From an uncultured Fibrobacterota bacterium (GTDB lineage: Bacteria > Fibrobacterota > Chitinivibrionia > Chitinivibrionales > FEN-1185), in the NCBI GenBank assembly GCA_963753345.1, contig CAVWBU010000016.1, forward strand, positions 197,150 through 261,149: DNA of 64,000 nucleotides. The letters are read 5' to 3'. Within the stretch, counting starts at the first letter, position 1. Every line of letters begins with the position of its first letter. The position numbers and the translations under genes are program-made. The notes beneath the pieces were generated by a model. The model was not told where the DNA came from and ran no database searches. It was given only the letters and a program-made list of their open reading frames with translations. Shown one piece after another: positions 54,004-63,993 of this stretch.

Positions 54004-54519
54004 CTACTTCCCCTTTCTCTCCTCCGTCATATAGCACTCCACGATTTCCCCGTAGTAAAGCGAATGGTAATCCTTCTCCGGATACAGGTGCTTGTACTCC
54101 TCAATCAGATTTTTCGGGTCCATTGCCGATTTGTAAACGATCTTGCATTCAAACTGCATGCCCCTGAGCATCACGATGGGCGACCGGACGCTGCTGCCCG
54201 GGATCATTTCCAGGCCGCATTCCGCCGCCTTCCTGACGTTTCTTCCGGACCTGGACCCGCAGAATTCCAGCTGTTTTCCCATGTCCGTCTGCGGTACCGA
54301 CACGGTGAAGTCCTTTGCGCGCTCGATGATGCCGTGGGTGTGGCGCGTGTTGCGCACCGCGACGGTGAGCATGGGCTTGCCCCAGATAAAGCCGAGCTGG
54401 GCCCAGCCGATGGTCATGGTGTTCACGTCGTCGCCCGCGAGCGTGGTGAGAAACGCGCCGTCGCCGCGGAGCTGGGTCATCACCGCGTGCATGACCGTCA
54501 TGCAATCAACGTTCTGCAT
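54004..54519 (-). CDS. Flavin reductase-like (flavoredoxin) protein
   Basis: NTMTIGW, WGKP, R.TRHT, CGSRSGR, ECKIVY, HSLYYGEI. Confidence 0.85.
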   Translation of the reverse strand: MQNVDCMTVMHAVMTQLRGDGAFLTTLAGDDVNTMTIGWAQLGFIWGKPMLTVAVRNTRHTHGIIERAKDFTVSVPQTDMGKQLEFCGSRSGRNVRKAAECGLEMIPGSSVRSPIVMLRGMQFECKIVYKSAMDPKNLIEEYKHLYPEKDYHSLYYGEIVECYMTEERKGK

Positions 54520-54727
54520 GGTTGATTTCTCCTTTGTTCGTTTTGGTGTTGTGGCCCCGGATACGAATATAAAAAGAATCACCATAGAGGCGCAAAGATT
54601 GCGGAGGAAACTTCACACGGAGGCAGGGAGGCTGCAGCGAAGGAAACCGAACCGGTGAACCAGGGAGGGAATCTTGCCAGGGCCATCATTCGGCCGACTT
54701 TTACTGTCACCTGTCAACAGCCAACCG

Positions 54728-55876
54728 TCAACTTCTCTCGGTTCTCGACCACGCAGCGGACCGGATGCCCGCCACGTACCGGAAGAATCCGAGGAACAGC
54801 GCCGCGTTCATCGAGATGAAGTAATACAGGGGCCTCACCGGACGCACGGGCACGGCAAGGTACGAGAGCGCAACCGCCGCCACACACACCCCGGCCCAGA
54901 ACAAAACCGCGTATGCCGACGGCCCGCCCGCAAACGCGAGCACGGCGCACGAAAGCGCGGTGCTCAGGATAAAGAAAGGCGAAAACCACCGTGTTGCTTT
55001 ATGCGACACATAGCAGAACCACGGCCACCCCCTCAGGGGATTGAGGAAATCGAGCAGCCAGAAAAACGCCTGGAAATTCCCGGCGCCGATGCGGATGCGG
55101 CGGGAAAACTCGTGCCGGAGGTTTTCGGTGGTGTCTTCTTCGGACACCGCCTCGGCGTCGAAAATCACCCGCCGCCCGCCCCGGATGATGTTCATGGGAA
55201 TGAGCACGTCATCGTTTGAGTAGGCGTTGTAGCGGATGGGCCGGAACAGCTCCCTGCGCACCGAGTAGAACCCGCCGTACGCGGAAATCGTGCTGTGCAG
55301 GCGCGATTCCAGCACTTTCTGCCGCGACTCAAAGGACCGGTACAGCACCTCCTCGAGCTCCTTCTGCACGAACACATGCTCGATATGCCCGCCCACGCCG
55401 CCCACCAAAGGGTCGGCGAAATGGCGCACCATCTTTGTAAGGCTGCCGGGGCGGTGCATCGTGTTCGCATCGGTAAACATAAGAACGTCGGCTTTCACCT
55501 GCGGCGCCAGCCTGTTGATCACCTCGGTCTTGCCGCCGCGCGCGTCCGCGATCCACAGATGCACGCGCGCGTCGCCCATCGACCGGACGATGTCATGCGT
55601 CGCGTCGGTGCTGCAGTCGGAGCCTATCCATATGTCAAGTTTATCCTTCGGGTAATCGAGCGCCAGGATGTTCTCGATCTTCCTGCGGACCACGGCCTGC
55701 TCGTTGTACACCGGCACGATCACGGCCACGGCCGGGAAGAACGATTCGCTTGCGGCCGCGGGCCTGCCGAACACCCGCGCGAAGAACGAAAGCAGCAGCG
55801 GATAGATCGCGTAGGAATACGCGAGCAGAAACAGCGACAGCCAGAAGAGAATCTGGAGCAGGAGAATGAGCATCAT
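54728..55876 (-). CDS. Glycosyltransferase family 2, membrane-bound
   Basis: VPVYNE, SDCSTD, FTDAN, DD, RRIRIGAG; flanking TM segments. Confidence 0.92.
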   Translation of the reverse strand: MMLILLLQILFWLSLFLLAYSYAIYPLLLSFFARVFGRPAAASESFFPAVAVIVPVYNEQAVVRRKIENILALDYPKDKLDIWIGSDCSTDATHDIVRSMGDARVHLWIADARGGKTEVINRLAPQVKADVLMFTDANTMHRPGSLTKMVRHFADPLVGGVGGHIEHVFVQKELEEVLYRSFESRQKVLESRLHSTISAYGGFYSVRRELFRPIRYNAYSNDDVLIPMNIIRGGRRVIFDAEAVSEEDTTENLRHEFSRRIRIGAGNFQAFFWLLDFLNPLRGWPWFCYVSHKATRWFSPFFILSTALSCAVLAFAGGPSAYAVLFWAGVCVAAVALSYLAVPVRPVRPLYYFISMNAALFLGFFRYVAGIRSAAWSRTERS

Positions 55877-57354
55877 GCCGCCGTTGTCCGTTTGAGTGAG
55901 GGGCGGAGCAGGTGGCCAAACAGCGTGCGCCCGCCCATAAGGAGCCGCTTCGCCTCGCCGGGGTTGGAGAGGGCCTGCAGCGCCTTGGCCGCCAGGTACG
56001 ACGGCCTCAGGTAGAACTCGCGCCTCGCCCTGTCGCAGAAATCAACGAGGGTCTCGTAGGACAGCGACGGGTTCGACACCACCGACGAGTGCATGCCGTC
56101 GTCGGTGAGCCATTGCCGGAAGTCCTCGGTGACGATCCAGCCCTTTTCCTTAAAGTACGTGTAGTCGCTCGTGCCGGGATACACCATGATGGGAAAAAAC
56201 TGCGCGGTGTCGGGACTCAGTTCCTTGGCGAAACGCAGTGTGGTCTCGAGCGTCTCCCGCGTTTCGCCCCGGTTGCCCACCATGAAGCAGCCGTGGATAA
56301 GAATGCCCGCGCGCTTTGCGTCCTTCATGAACCGCCGGATTTTTTCGAGCGTGGTGCCCTTCTGAATGTTGTCGAGGATCTGCTGGTCGCCGCTTTCGAA
56401 GCCCACGCAGAACAGCCTGCACCCCGCCTTGCGCATGGCCGCCATGGTCTCGTAGTCGACATCGGCGCGCGAATTGGCCGACCAAGGAATGCCGGTTGCG
56501 CGCGCCCCGACAAGCGCGGCCGACAGCTCGCGGCACCGCAGCGCATCGGCCGTGAGCGTGTCGTCTTCGATCATTATTTCCCTCACCTGCGGAAAGTTTT
56601 CCTTTATGTAAACAAACTCCTCCACCACGCTCGCCACCGACCGCCTGCGGTAGCGGTGGCCCTGCAGCACCTGCGGCACCACGCAGTAGGTGCAGCGGAA
56701 CGGACACCCGCGGCCGGTCATGATTACAATAAGCGGATGGCGGCTGTGCCCGTAGAAGTACGGTTCCACGGACAAGTGCTTCCTGTAAACCGCCGACACC
56801 ATGGGCAGGCTGTCGAGGTCGGTGATGTAGGGCCGGGGTTCGTTGCGTTTGGTTTCGCCGCGGGAGTTTCTCCAGGCGATGCCGGCAACCCCGGAAAGAT
56901 CCCGTGCGGCCGGAGCCACGGAAAGCGTTTCGGCAAGCGCAAGCAGCGTCGCCTCGTATTCCCCGAACGCAACCGCGTCGAGCGCGGCATTGAGCGCCAG
57001 CGTTTCCAGGGGCAGCGCGGACACGTGCGCGCCCACGAGCACCGTAAACAATCCCGGTACCCGTTTCTTGATGTCGCAGGCCGCGGCAACGTCGCTGTAA
57101 ATGCTCGGGGTCGACGTGTCGACGATGAGAAGGCCGGGAGAGAAGGCTGCTATTCGGGCGGCCGCTTCCTCCAAGGAAAGCCCCGCAGCGGGCGCGTCGA
57201 TAAAAAGCAGTTCGTGGCCGTGCTTTTCAAGATACCCCGCCGCATAGGCGAGCCACATGGGATAGTACAGCGTTCCGCTTTTTGCCACGGCAGGGGAGCG
57301 CGATTCGCGTGAATAGCGCGGAAGAAAAGGCGGGTTAAGCGCTGCAATCTTCAT
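55873..57354 (-). CDS. B12-binding radical SAM protein (HpnJ-like)
   Basis: YYPMWLAY, GEYE, GRGCPFRCTYC (CxxxCxxC), EDDT, VGFESG, PGT. Confidence 0.88.
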   Translation of the reverse strand: MKIAALNPPFLPRYSRESRSPAVAKSGTLYYPMWLAYAAGYLEKHGHELLFIDAPAAGLSLEEAAARIAAFSPGLLIVDTSTPSIYSDVAAACDIKKRVPGLFTVLVGAHVSALPLETLALNAALDAVAFGEYEATLLALAETLSVAPAARDLSGVAGIAWRNSRGETKRNEPRPYITDLDSLPMVSAVYRKHLSVEPYFYGHSRHPLIVIMTGRGCPFRCTYCVVPQVLQGHRYRRRSVASVVEEFVYIKENFPQVREIMIEDDTLTADALRCRELSAALVGARATGIPWSANSRADVDYETMAAMRKAGCRLFCVGFESGDQQILDNIQKGTTLEKIRRFMKDAKRAGILIHGCFMVGNRGETRETLETTLRFAKELSPDTAQFFPIMVYPGTSDYTYFKEKGWIVTEDFRQWLTDDGMHSSVVSNPSLSYETLVDFCDRARREFYLRPSYLAAKALQALSNPGEAKRLLMGGRTLFGHLLRPSLKRTTAA

Positions 57355-57446
57355 TGACAAATATGCAATCTACGGAACGTGCGTCCCGGGAAAGCGCACC
57401 GGCATTTCCGGCACGCGCCGCCCCTGCGAAGAAGGGAGATCCGGTT

Positions 57447-57776
57447 TTAGATAAACTGGTCTATCTTGGCCTGGAGCGCCTTTTTCGCCAGGAGACCAAC
57501 GTGCTGGTCAACCACGCTGCCATTCTTCACAAAAAGGATGGTCGGGATGTTGCTTACCGAGTACCGCGACGCGGTGAGCGGCGAAGCGTCCACGTTGAGC
57601 TTCCCGATCTTGATCCTGCCGCCGTATTCGCGCGCCAGTTCCTCAACGATGGGGGTGAGCATCCTGCAGGGCCCGCACCACTCGGCCCAAAAATCCACCA
57701 GCACCGGGACCGGCGACTTAAGCACGTCGGCCTCAAAACTCGCATCGGTAAATTCTACCAGAACATCACTTGACAT
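57447..57776 (-). CDS. trxA: Thioredoxin
   Basis: VDFWAEWCGPC, IPT. Confidence 0.96.
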   Translation of the reverse strand: MSSDVLVEFTDASFEADVLKSPVPVLVDFWAEWCGPCRMLTPIVEELAREYGGRIKIGKLNVDASPLTASRYSVSNIPTILFVKNGSVVDQHVGLLAKKALQAKIDQFI

Positions 57777-57830
57777 AAACGACTCCTCCCCGGGCCCGCC
57801 ATGTGCACCGGAAGGGCGACCAGCCCGCCG

Positions 57831-58133
57831 TCACCCCCGCTTTTGAAGCGCGTCCAGAACCGCGGCCCGCAGTTTCTGCCAGCCCGCCGGATCGTTCCTG
57901 TATCGATTGACAAAGGCTTTTGCCGTTGCCCCGTTTATTCCCGTAAGCGCGCACAGGCGGCGATAGCGCTGGGCCGCCTGCGTGCGCGAAACCGTCTTGT
58001 CGGTGGCAAGCAATTCGATGCCCGCAAAGTAGGAAACGAGATTCTGGTACGGCGGCGCTATATCGGCGGCACGAACGGCGCCGATCGCGCAGATCAGAAA
58101 TAGTGCGGCCAGCATCAGAAGGTTCTTTTTCAT
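57831..58133 (-). CDS. Small exported hypothetical protein
   Basis: MKK + hydrophobic signal peptide; co-directional with trxA. Confidence 0.6.
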   Translation of the reverse strand: MKKNLLMLAALFLICAIGAVRAADIAPPYQNLVSYFAGIELLATDKTVSRTQAAQRYRRLCALTGINGATAKAFVNRYRNDPAGWQKLRAAVLDALQKRG

Positions 58134-58208
58134 GCTGTATAAAAATGCTTGGTTCGGGACAAAGAGTCAAGATGATATAACCGTGTTTACAAGAGAAAGA
58201 TTTAAAAT

Positions 58209-58388
58209 TGGGCGTTCCCCCGCTTCGCGGGGTCGGTTCTCCTTCCGGTCTCGGGCGTTGCCCTCGGGCTGCCTGCCACGAGGGCCCTGCGGGCCGTGGC
58301 CAGGCAGCATCCCGCTATAGCGGGACCTCCAGTCGCTCCTAACGCGCGGCCGAAGAAATCTATTCAGTTAAGCTTGTCTGTGCGCCAA
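58209..58388 (+). repeat. Structured intergenic repeat, module A plus linker motif, no B (locus 12)
   Basis: tgggcgttccccgcttcgcgggg...cctaacgc (58345), then ctattcagttaa..tgtgcgcca. Confidence 0.9.
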
Positions 58389-58493
58389 CCTGATTTACAA
58401 AGGAAATTGTCCGGGCATTTTTTTTTGCTTCTCAACTCCTCAACCACTCAACTTTCTTAAATCTGTCAACCGTCAACTTTCAACTTTTAACTC

Positions 58494-59501
58494 TTAACTT
58501 CTTCCATACAGCTCCTCCAGCCCCCTCACCACCGCTTCGGGCCTCACCTTCCTCATGCATTTCCGCGACCCGGTGAGACACACGTTGCCGCCGTGCGCGT
58601 GACAGGGCCTGCAGAACCGGGCAGCCTCGAACACGCGGAAAGCAGGTTCGCCATAGGGAAAAAAACCGAAATGCGACGTCGTCGGGCCGTAGATGATGCC
58701 GGTCTTCACGCCGCAGGCCCTTGCAATATGCGAGAGTCCCGTGTCGTTGCCCAGGGCGACCGTACATTGCGAAACGAGACACGCCGTTTCGTACAGCGAC
58801 AGCTTTCCCGCGGAGGAAACACAGCGGTCGCCTACGGCGCTTTTCATCCTGTCGGCCGCGGCAATGTCCGAGGGCCCGCCGGCGATGAGCACGTCCCATC
58901 CCTTTGCGGCGAAATACCTGCCCACAAAGGTGTAAAACTTCGCGGGCCACTCCTTGTTCTTCCACGCGCTGAACGGAAACAGGGCGATGCGCGGCCGGAC
59001 CACCCCGCTTTCCGGGAGGATACCGAACGCGGTCCCGCATTTTTGTTTGTCAAGAATGAGGCGCGGCGCGGGAAATGCGCCCGGCGCGCCTTCGAACCCG
59101 CATGCCCGGGCGTACCGCGCGACCACGTTGTCTCCCTTGGGGTACAGACTGGCCCTAAAAAGCAGCAACACCGCGCGCTCAAAATGCCGCTTGCCCACGA
59201 CCGAAGCCTTTTCCAACGACACGAGGTCCTTCCGCAGAGAAAGGCTTCTGCGGCTGTTCTGCAGGTCGATGATCCTGCTCCACGCCGCGCCGGACAGCAC
59301 GGCCGCGGCTTCGCGCTCGCCGCCCTTGTCAACCGCAACCACCCGTGCCAGGCGCGGGTCGGCCGAGAAAAGTCCGGCGTATTTCCTGTCCGTTGCAAAC
59401 CAGAGGTTCGCCGTCGGAAACGAGGACTTCAGGTATTCGAAGACGCTCGCGGCAAGGACCACGTCGCCCATCGAGGAGAGACGGATGATGAGGATTTCCA
59501 T
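58494..59501 (-). CDS. Glycosyltransferase family 9 (LPS heptosyltransferase-like)
   Basis: ILIIRLSSMGDVVL, DLQ, KEWP, GKLSL, GNDTGLSHIA, YGPT. Confidence 0.92.
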   Translation of the reverse strand: MEILIIRLSSMGDVVLAASVFEYLKSSFPTANLWFATDRKYAGLFSADPRLARVVAVDKGGEREAAAVLSGAAWSRIIDLQNSRRSLSLRKDLVSLEKASVVGKRHFERAVLLLFRASLYPKGDNVVARYARACGFEGAPGAFPAPRLILDKQKCGTAFGILPESGVVRPRIALFPFSAWKNKEWPAKFYTFVGRYFAAKGWDVLIAGGPSDIAAADRMKSAVGDRCVSSAGKLSLYETACLVSQCTVALGNDTGLSHIARACGVKTGIIYGPTTSHFGFFPYGEPAFRVFEAARFCRPCHAHGGNVCLTGSRKCMRKVRPEAVVRGLEELYGRS

Positions 59502-59604
59502 GATTTTTTCGTTCCGAAAAATACCTTCCGATAGGAGCGCCGTGGGGGCAAAATATATTTTGATTTGAGTTATTTCTACCAAGCTGAAGAAAGGATTTTT
59601 TCAT

Positions 59605-60028
59605 GTGGGGGAAGTTTACCCCGTCGGGTACTTCCAAGGGTCGTCCCCCTTGCTCCGGCCCTGCGGTCCTCCGGTGCTTTCCGCCCTTCCCGTTGGGCGG
59701 GCGCTCCCCCTCCGGGGTGCACCCCTTGAAGGTGTAGTTGCAAGAATCAAACACCTGTGTGGGGGCACCCAAGGAGAGGTGTGGATTGATGATTGCGGAA
59801 TGTGGATTAAAAAAACCTTAGGTGGTTATTTTAAGATTCTGGTTGGCGCAAGAATATACCTTGACACAATAGATTTCCCCCTGCCGCGCGTTAGGTGGAC
59901 CGGAGTGGTCCCGCCGTAGCGGGATTGCCGGCCGACCCCGGCCGAAGGCCATCGGGGCGGTCCGGCAACGAGGCCGAACGGCCGAGCCCGTAGGGAGACC
60001 GGCCCGAGCGCAGCGAGGGAAACGCCCA
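59605..60028 (-). repeat. Structured intergenic repeat, complete A-linker-B (locus 13)
   Basis: Reverse complement: A 60028-59888, linker ctattgtgtcaa..cttgcgcca, B 59771-59605 with a ~23-nt insert in the terminal hairpin region. Confidence 0.9.
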
Positions 60029-60075
60029 AGATTTCTTTTCACGAATTCACCACCATTGATCAAGGCAATAATATC

Positions 60076-61209
60076 ATGAACGAACCCTCACCGCTCAAAG
60101 AACCGGGCAAACGCTACATTCGTCCGGCCGCGGCCCCTGCCGTCAACCCCTATCAATCGCCCATGCCTGCAGTGGGCGACAAGATCGGGCCCAGCCGCAT
60201 CACCCAGCTCGTGGGCGAGGGCGGCATGGCGAACGTGTACAAGGTGTGGCACGAGGGCCTCGAAGTCACCAGGGCGCTCAAGATCCTCAAGAACGCTTCC
60301 GACAAGGAGCTGCGCGACCGCTTCTTTACTGAAGCGAAAATACTGGCCGACATACACCACCCGAACATCATCGAGATCCACAACATCGGCTACTGGGAGC
60401 AGCAGATACCGTTTCTGGAAATGGAGTTCGTGGACGGCGTGTCGATACGCGATCTTATTACGACGTGCGGCAGGTTCCCGCTCCCCGTGGCCCTCATCAC
60501 CGCGTATTTTGTGTGCCAGTCGCTCCACTACGCGCACACCAAGGACTACACGCTCTACGGCAAGGTTTACAAAGGCCTCATTCACCGGGACATCAAGCCC
60601 GACAACGTACTCATCTCCAGGGACGGCAACGTCAAGCTCATGGACTTCGGCATTGCCAGGCCGTCGGAGGTGAGCCTGCACACCATCGGCGGAAAGGTGA
60701 TGGGATCGCTCGCCTACCTCTCGCCGGAGCAGCTCGAAGGCAGGGACATCGACCACCGCAGCGACATCTTCTCGCTCGGATCGGTGCTGTACGAAATGAT
60801 AAGCGGCCAGCGGGCGTTCCCGCAGAAAACGATTTCCGAGCTTGTGCGGCATAAGGCAAAAGGCGAATACGCGGCGCTTGACTCGTTCGGCACCGGCGCG
60901 CCTGCATCAGTGGTCGGGCTGGTGAACAAAAGCATGGCGCTTGCTCCCGATGACCGTTTCGCCACCGCCGCGGAAATGGCAAACGGCCTGTACCGCGAAT
61001 TCAAACTGATCTGCGACCGCGCACCGTCGGAAGTGATTTACACGTTCATCCAGGACCCGGTCCGCTGGCAGGCCGACGCTGCGTCATTGCCGGCGAAACC
61101 GGCGAAGAAGACCATGTCGATGCGGACCGTTGTCATCCTCACGGCCGCAGCTTCGGTCGCCGCCGTTTCGCTTCTGTTCGTCCTCGCGAGGCTTGTGGGA
61201 TTATTGTAG
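60076..61209 (+). CDS. Hanks-type Ser/Thr protein kinase with C-terminal TM anchor
   Basis: GEGGMANVY, ALK, HRDIKPDN, DFG, YLSPEQ, SDIFSLG. Confidence 0.94.
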   Translation: MNEPSPLKEPGKRYIRPAAAPAVNPYQSPMPAVGDKIGPSRITQLVGEGGMANVYKVWHEGLEVTRALKILKNASDKELRDRFFTEAKILADIHHPNIIEIHNIGYWEQQIPFLEMEFVDGVSIRDLITTCGRFPLPVALITAYFVCQSLHYAHTKDYTLYGKVYKGLIHRDIKPDNVLISRDGNVKLMDFGIARPSEVSLHTIGGKVMGSLAYLSPEQLEGRDIDHRSDIFSLGSVLYEMISGQRAFPQKTISELVRHKAKGEYAALDSFGTGAPASVVGLVNKSMALAPDDRFATAAEMANGLYREFKLICDRAPSEVIYTFIQDPVRWQADAASLPAKPAKKTMSMRTVVILTAAASVAAVSLLFVLARLVGLL

Positions 61210-62085
61210 GGAAACGGTCTGTATGCTGTCGATATCGGGGAAGAACATGGTCTCCGGATCGACGGGCGATCCCTGATACCAGACTTCGTAGTGCACGTGC
61301 GGGCCGCTGGTCACCCCCGATATTCCCATGGTGCCGATGCAGGCGCCCTTCTTCACTTTCTTGCCGGTAAACGCGTCGACCGTGCCCAGGTGCGCATAGA
61401 CGGTGCTGTACCCGAACGCGTGATTGATGATGATCCGCTTTCCCCAGACCTTGCCGTCTTCGACGCGCGCCACGGTCCCCGACGCGGTGGCCAGGACCGG
61501 CGCGCCCCGAGCGCCGATGAAATCGTCGCCGTAATGGCGTTTCATGGTGCCGGTGAAAGGGTCCTTTTCCACGTCGAAGCGGGCGCCCATAACAGGATTG
61601 CCTTCAACCGGACAAATGAGCGGGATAGAGTCGAAACAGCCCGGCCTCCTCACCGCGGTTGCAATGGCGCCGCGGAACAGTTCGTCCGAAGCGTTCACTC
61701 TTGCAACAAATTCGTCAGGGGCCGGCTCGGTCTGCCTGGTTCTTGTCCTCGCCCGGCGCCGGTGGTCTTCTTTTTTCCCGAAATCGCCCTGCAAGGACAT
61801 GCGTTTGCGTTCGAGGCTCTCCAGCTCAGTGGAGAGCATTGCGCGCAGCCGGTAGAGGGGCCGTATTATGTCGCGCAGCTTCTTGTTCTGTTGCTCGAGG
61901 TTATGCTCCTGGTTCTGCTTGACGACGTCGACGGTGAATCCGTTGAATGGGATAAAGTAACCGGCGAACCCCGCGGCGATAACGATGCTCGCCGCGACAA
62001 CAAGGATCCGTGAAATACGGATCGTGCGGACCTTTGCTCCGCCGGACGGAACAAGGAGGATTCCTCTGGGCCTGCGGTTCTTCAT
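61201..62085 (-). CDS. M23-family peptidoglycan metallopeptidase
   Basis: N-terminal TM + coiled coil; DPFTG, HYGDD (HxxxD), YAHL, GPHVHYEV. Confidence 0.9.
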   Translation of the reverse strand: MKNRRPRGILLVPSGGAKVRTIRISRILVVAASIVIAAGFAGYFIPFNGFTVDVVKQNQEHNLEQQNKKLRDIIRPLYRLRAMLSTELESLERKRMSLQGDFGKKEDHRRRARTRTRQTEPAPDEFVARVNASDELFRGAIATAVRRPGCFDSIPLICPVEGNPVMGARFDVEKDPFTGTMKRHYGDDFIGARGAPVLATASGTVARVEDGKVWGKRIIINHAFGYSTVYAHLGTVDAFTGKKVKKGACIGTMGISGVTSGPHVHYEVWYQGSPVDPETMFFPDIDSIQTVSLQ

Positions 62086-62098
62086 GAAGCGGGATGAA

Positions 62099-62455
62099 TT
62101 ATGCGCCGACGGAATCAGTTGGCTCGCCGGGCCTGCCCTTGGTCTTTCTCGCCTCTTCGGCCACGGCCTTCATTTTTCTTTCAATGGAGGCAAGCTCCTG
62201 ATTGAGGGCGCGGATATTGTCCACGGCCTTCCTCACCGGCAGATCGTTTGCGACATCGGAAGCCTTGCCGGATTCCATAAGGTCGAAAATCCGCTCCCCT
62301 ATGTCAACGCAGTTCTTCTCGATTTTTTTCTTTGCGGCGAATTCTTCGATCTTGAGCTTGCCGATCTTCGAATACTCCTCAATCTTTTCAATGGAGACGG
62401 CCGCGCCTTCCTTGAAGTTCTTTTTTATTTTTTCCCACATGTTGTCCATGTCCAT
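62099..62455 (-). CDS. Hypothetical coiled-coil protein
   Basis: AGGAGG RBS; amphipathic helical sequence; directly upstream of the M23 gene. Confidence 0.7.
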   Translation of the reverse strand: MDMDNMWEKIKKNFKEGAAVSIEKIEEYSKIGKLKIEEFAAKKKIEKNCVDIGERIFDLMESGKASDVANDLPVRKAVDNIRALNQELASIERKMKAVAEEARKTKGRPGEPTDSVGA

Positions 62456-62582
62456 GAGTCCCTCCTGAGAGTTAATGTTGCCGTGGCGTATAAGTATTCG
62501 ATGTTTTAATGTTTCGATGTAAAGATACTATGTGTGAAGGATGTGGGTGCAAGTTGTAATAGCTCACCCTCCGGTCCACCTG

Positions 62583-63993
62583 CTATGTAACAAGGCAATA
62601 AGAAAACGCTACCTTCGAAAAAGAGATTTCAACAACCTGCTATCCGTGCTTTTCGCACAATTTTGCTGTTCGTGAAATTGGGAGATGGTGTCAACAATTC
62701 TAACGCTCGTTAAGGATTGCTCCTTAACAAAATGGACCGACGTTGTACACCACATTCCCGAACCTCTTGTCGATTTCTTCTTTTTCAAAAAGTCGTAATC
62801 CTATTTTGTCGTACACCCTACGCTACAATCCCTAGCTGATATTCCTGATTTAAGATCATGCAAGAGCGTAGCCGTACTACCAGCTTGCGTGCCACCGCCA
62901 CTATCGCTTTCTTCTTACTACCCGAGTTTTTCCATACTGCCTCAAACTTGTCTCGTAATACTGGATCCTTCCGGATTGCTACCCATGCACTTTCTATCAT
63001 CCACGATCGCACAAACGTCGGTCCTTGGCCGGTAATACGTCCCTTATGTTCCGTCTCTCCTGTCGAATATTCACTTCCCGTCAATCCAAGAAAATTCGCT
63101 ATCGACTTGCTTGTGCTGAAGCGGGTAAAATCTTCCCCTAATTCCAGCACCAACCGCATGGCCGTCAACCAGCCTATGCCCGGAAGACTTCGTGCGATGG
63201 CGAAGGCTCTCTGATACCGGGGCTTCTTACTCAAGGCCAGCAACTCCTTACGCAACTCCACCTGATGCGTCCACAAACTCTCCAGAATCGACAGCAGCAC
63301 CGTGATCGACTTCTTCAACGATTCCCCAACGGATAATTTCCCAACGTCTCGAAATTCCCGCTTCGCCCATGCTTTCTCTTCCGGGACCGGCGACTCTATC
63401 CCATGATATTGCAGCAATTTCCTGATGCGGTTCCGCGTCGACTTAATCTCCTTCTCCACGGCATTAAGTGTCCGGCATATCTGCCGGTCCTCTCTTCGCT
63501 CCCGATCGGGAACATAACAACCTCGGTAATCGTTGTCTTCGAGCATCTTCGCCAACCGCCACGCATCTCTTCTGTCTGTCTTCACCCTGTTCACTTTAGC
63601 TTCCAGCATCAAATGGGGCGGCAAAACCACGCATTCTATCCCGTCCGCATTCAGCTGGTCGTACAGATTAAAACCCCTAAACCCCGCCTCGTACATCACC
63701 TTTATTCTGCACTCCGGAAATCGTCGCAGCAAAAAAGTTCGTAGCACTTCATAGTTCGCAGGCATACTCGTATCATGAATCGCCTGCTTCTCTGAACGGA
63801 CACATACCCGCCAGGTCTTCCTCGCATCATCAAGTCCAACAAAAACCTCTTTACCTTTAACGAACCAATCTTGCATTTTCCTGTCCATAAGCTACCTTCC
63901 TTTCTTTGTGGTGTTCTTAGCACCACGTGTGGGTGAATCTTTATAGAAAGAAGGTAGCTTTTTTATACCCCGCCATGCAACTCGTTAACATAG
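62583..63993 (-). mobile_element. IS110-family insertion sequence; ends approximate
   Basis: Lower-GC segment holding the transposase, ~235 nt of downstream non-coding DNA, and imperfect inverted repeats ctatgtaacaag (62583-62594) / ctcgttaacatag (63981-63993). Confidence 0.65.
62818..63888 (-). CDS. IS110-family DEDD transposase/recombinase
   Basis: VGLD, YEAG, KTDRRDA (DEDD tetrad); LPGIG..TA...ELG, RF, FLGL....STG....GRIT..G, AIVAVARKL. Confidence 0.94.
   Translation of the reverse strand: MDRKMQDWFVKGKEVFVGLDDARKTWRVCVRSEKQAIHDTSMPANYEVLRTFLLRRFPECRIKVMYEAGFRGFNLYDQLNADGIECVVLPPHLMLEAKVNRVKTDRRDAWRLAKMLEDNDYRGCYVPDRERREDRQICRTLNAVEKEIKSTRNRIRKLLQYHGIESPVPEEKAWAKREFRDVGKLSVGESLKKSITVLLSILESLWTHQVELRKELLALSKKPRYQRAFAIARSLPGIGWLTAMRLVLELGEDFTRFSTSKSIANFLGLTGSEYSTGETEHKGRITGQGPTFVRSWMIESAWVAIRKDPVLRDKFEAVWKNSGSKKKAIVAVARKLVVRLRSCMILNQEYQLGIVA

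Noticed and set aside
61201-61209. Overlap of the kinase and M23 gene 3' ends
   Set aside because: A 9-bp convergent overlap is common and not informative.
62818-63888. IS110 recombinase as the mobiliser of the A-B element
   Set aside because: The IS ends share no visible sequence with A or B, and no A/B copy flanks the IS inside the window; unsupported, though not excluded.
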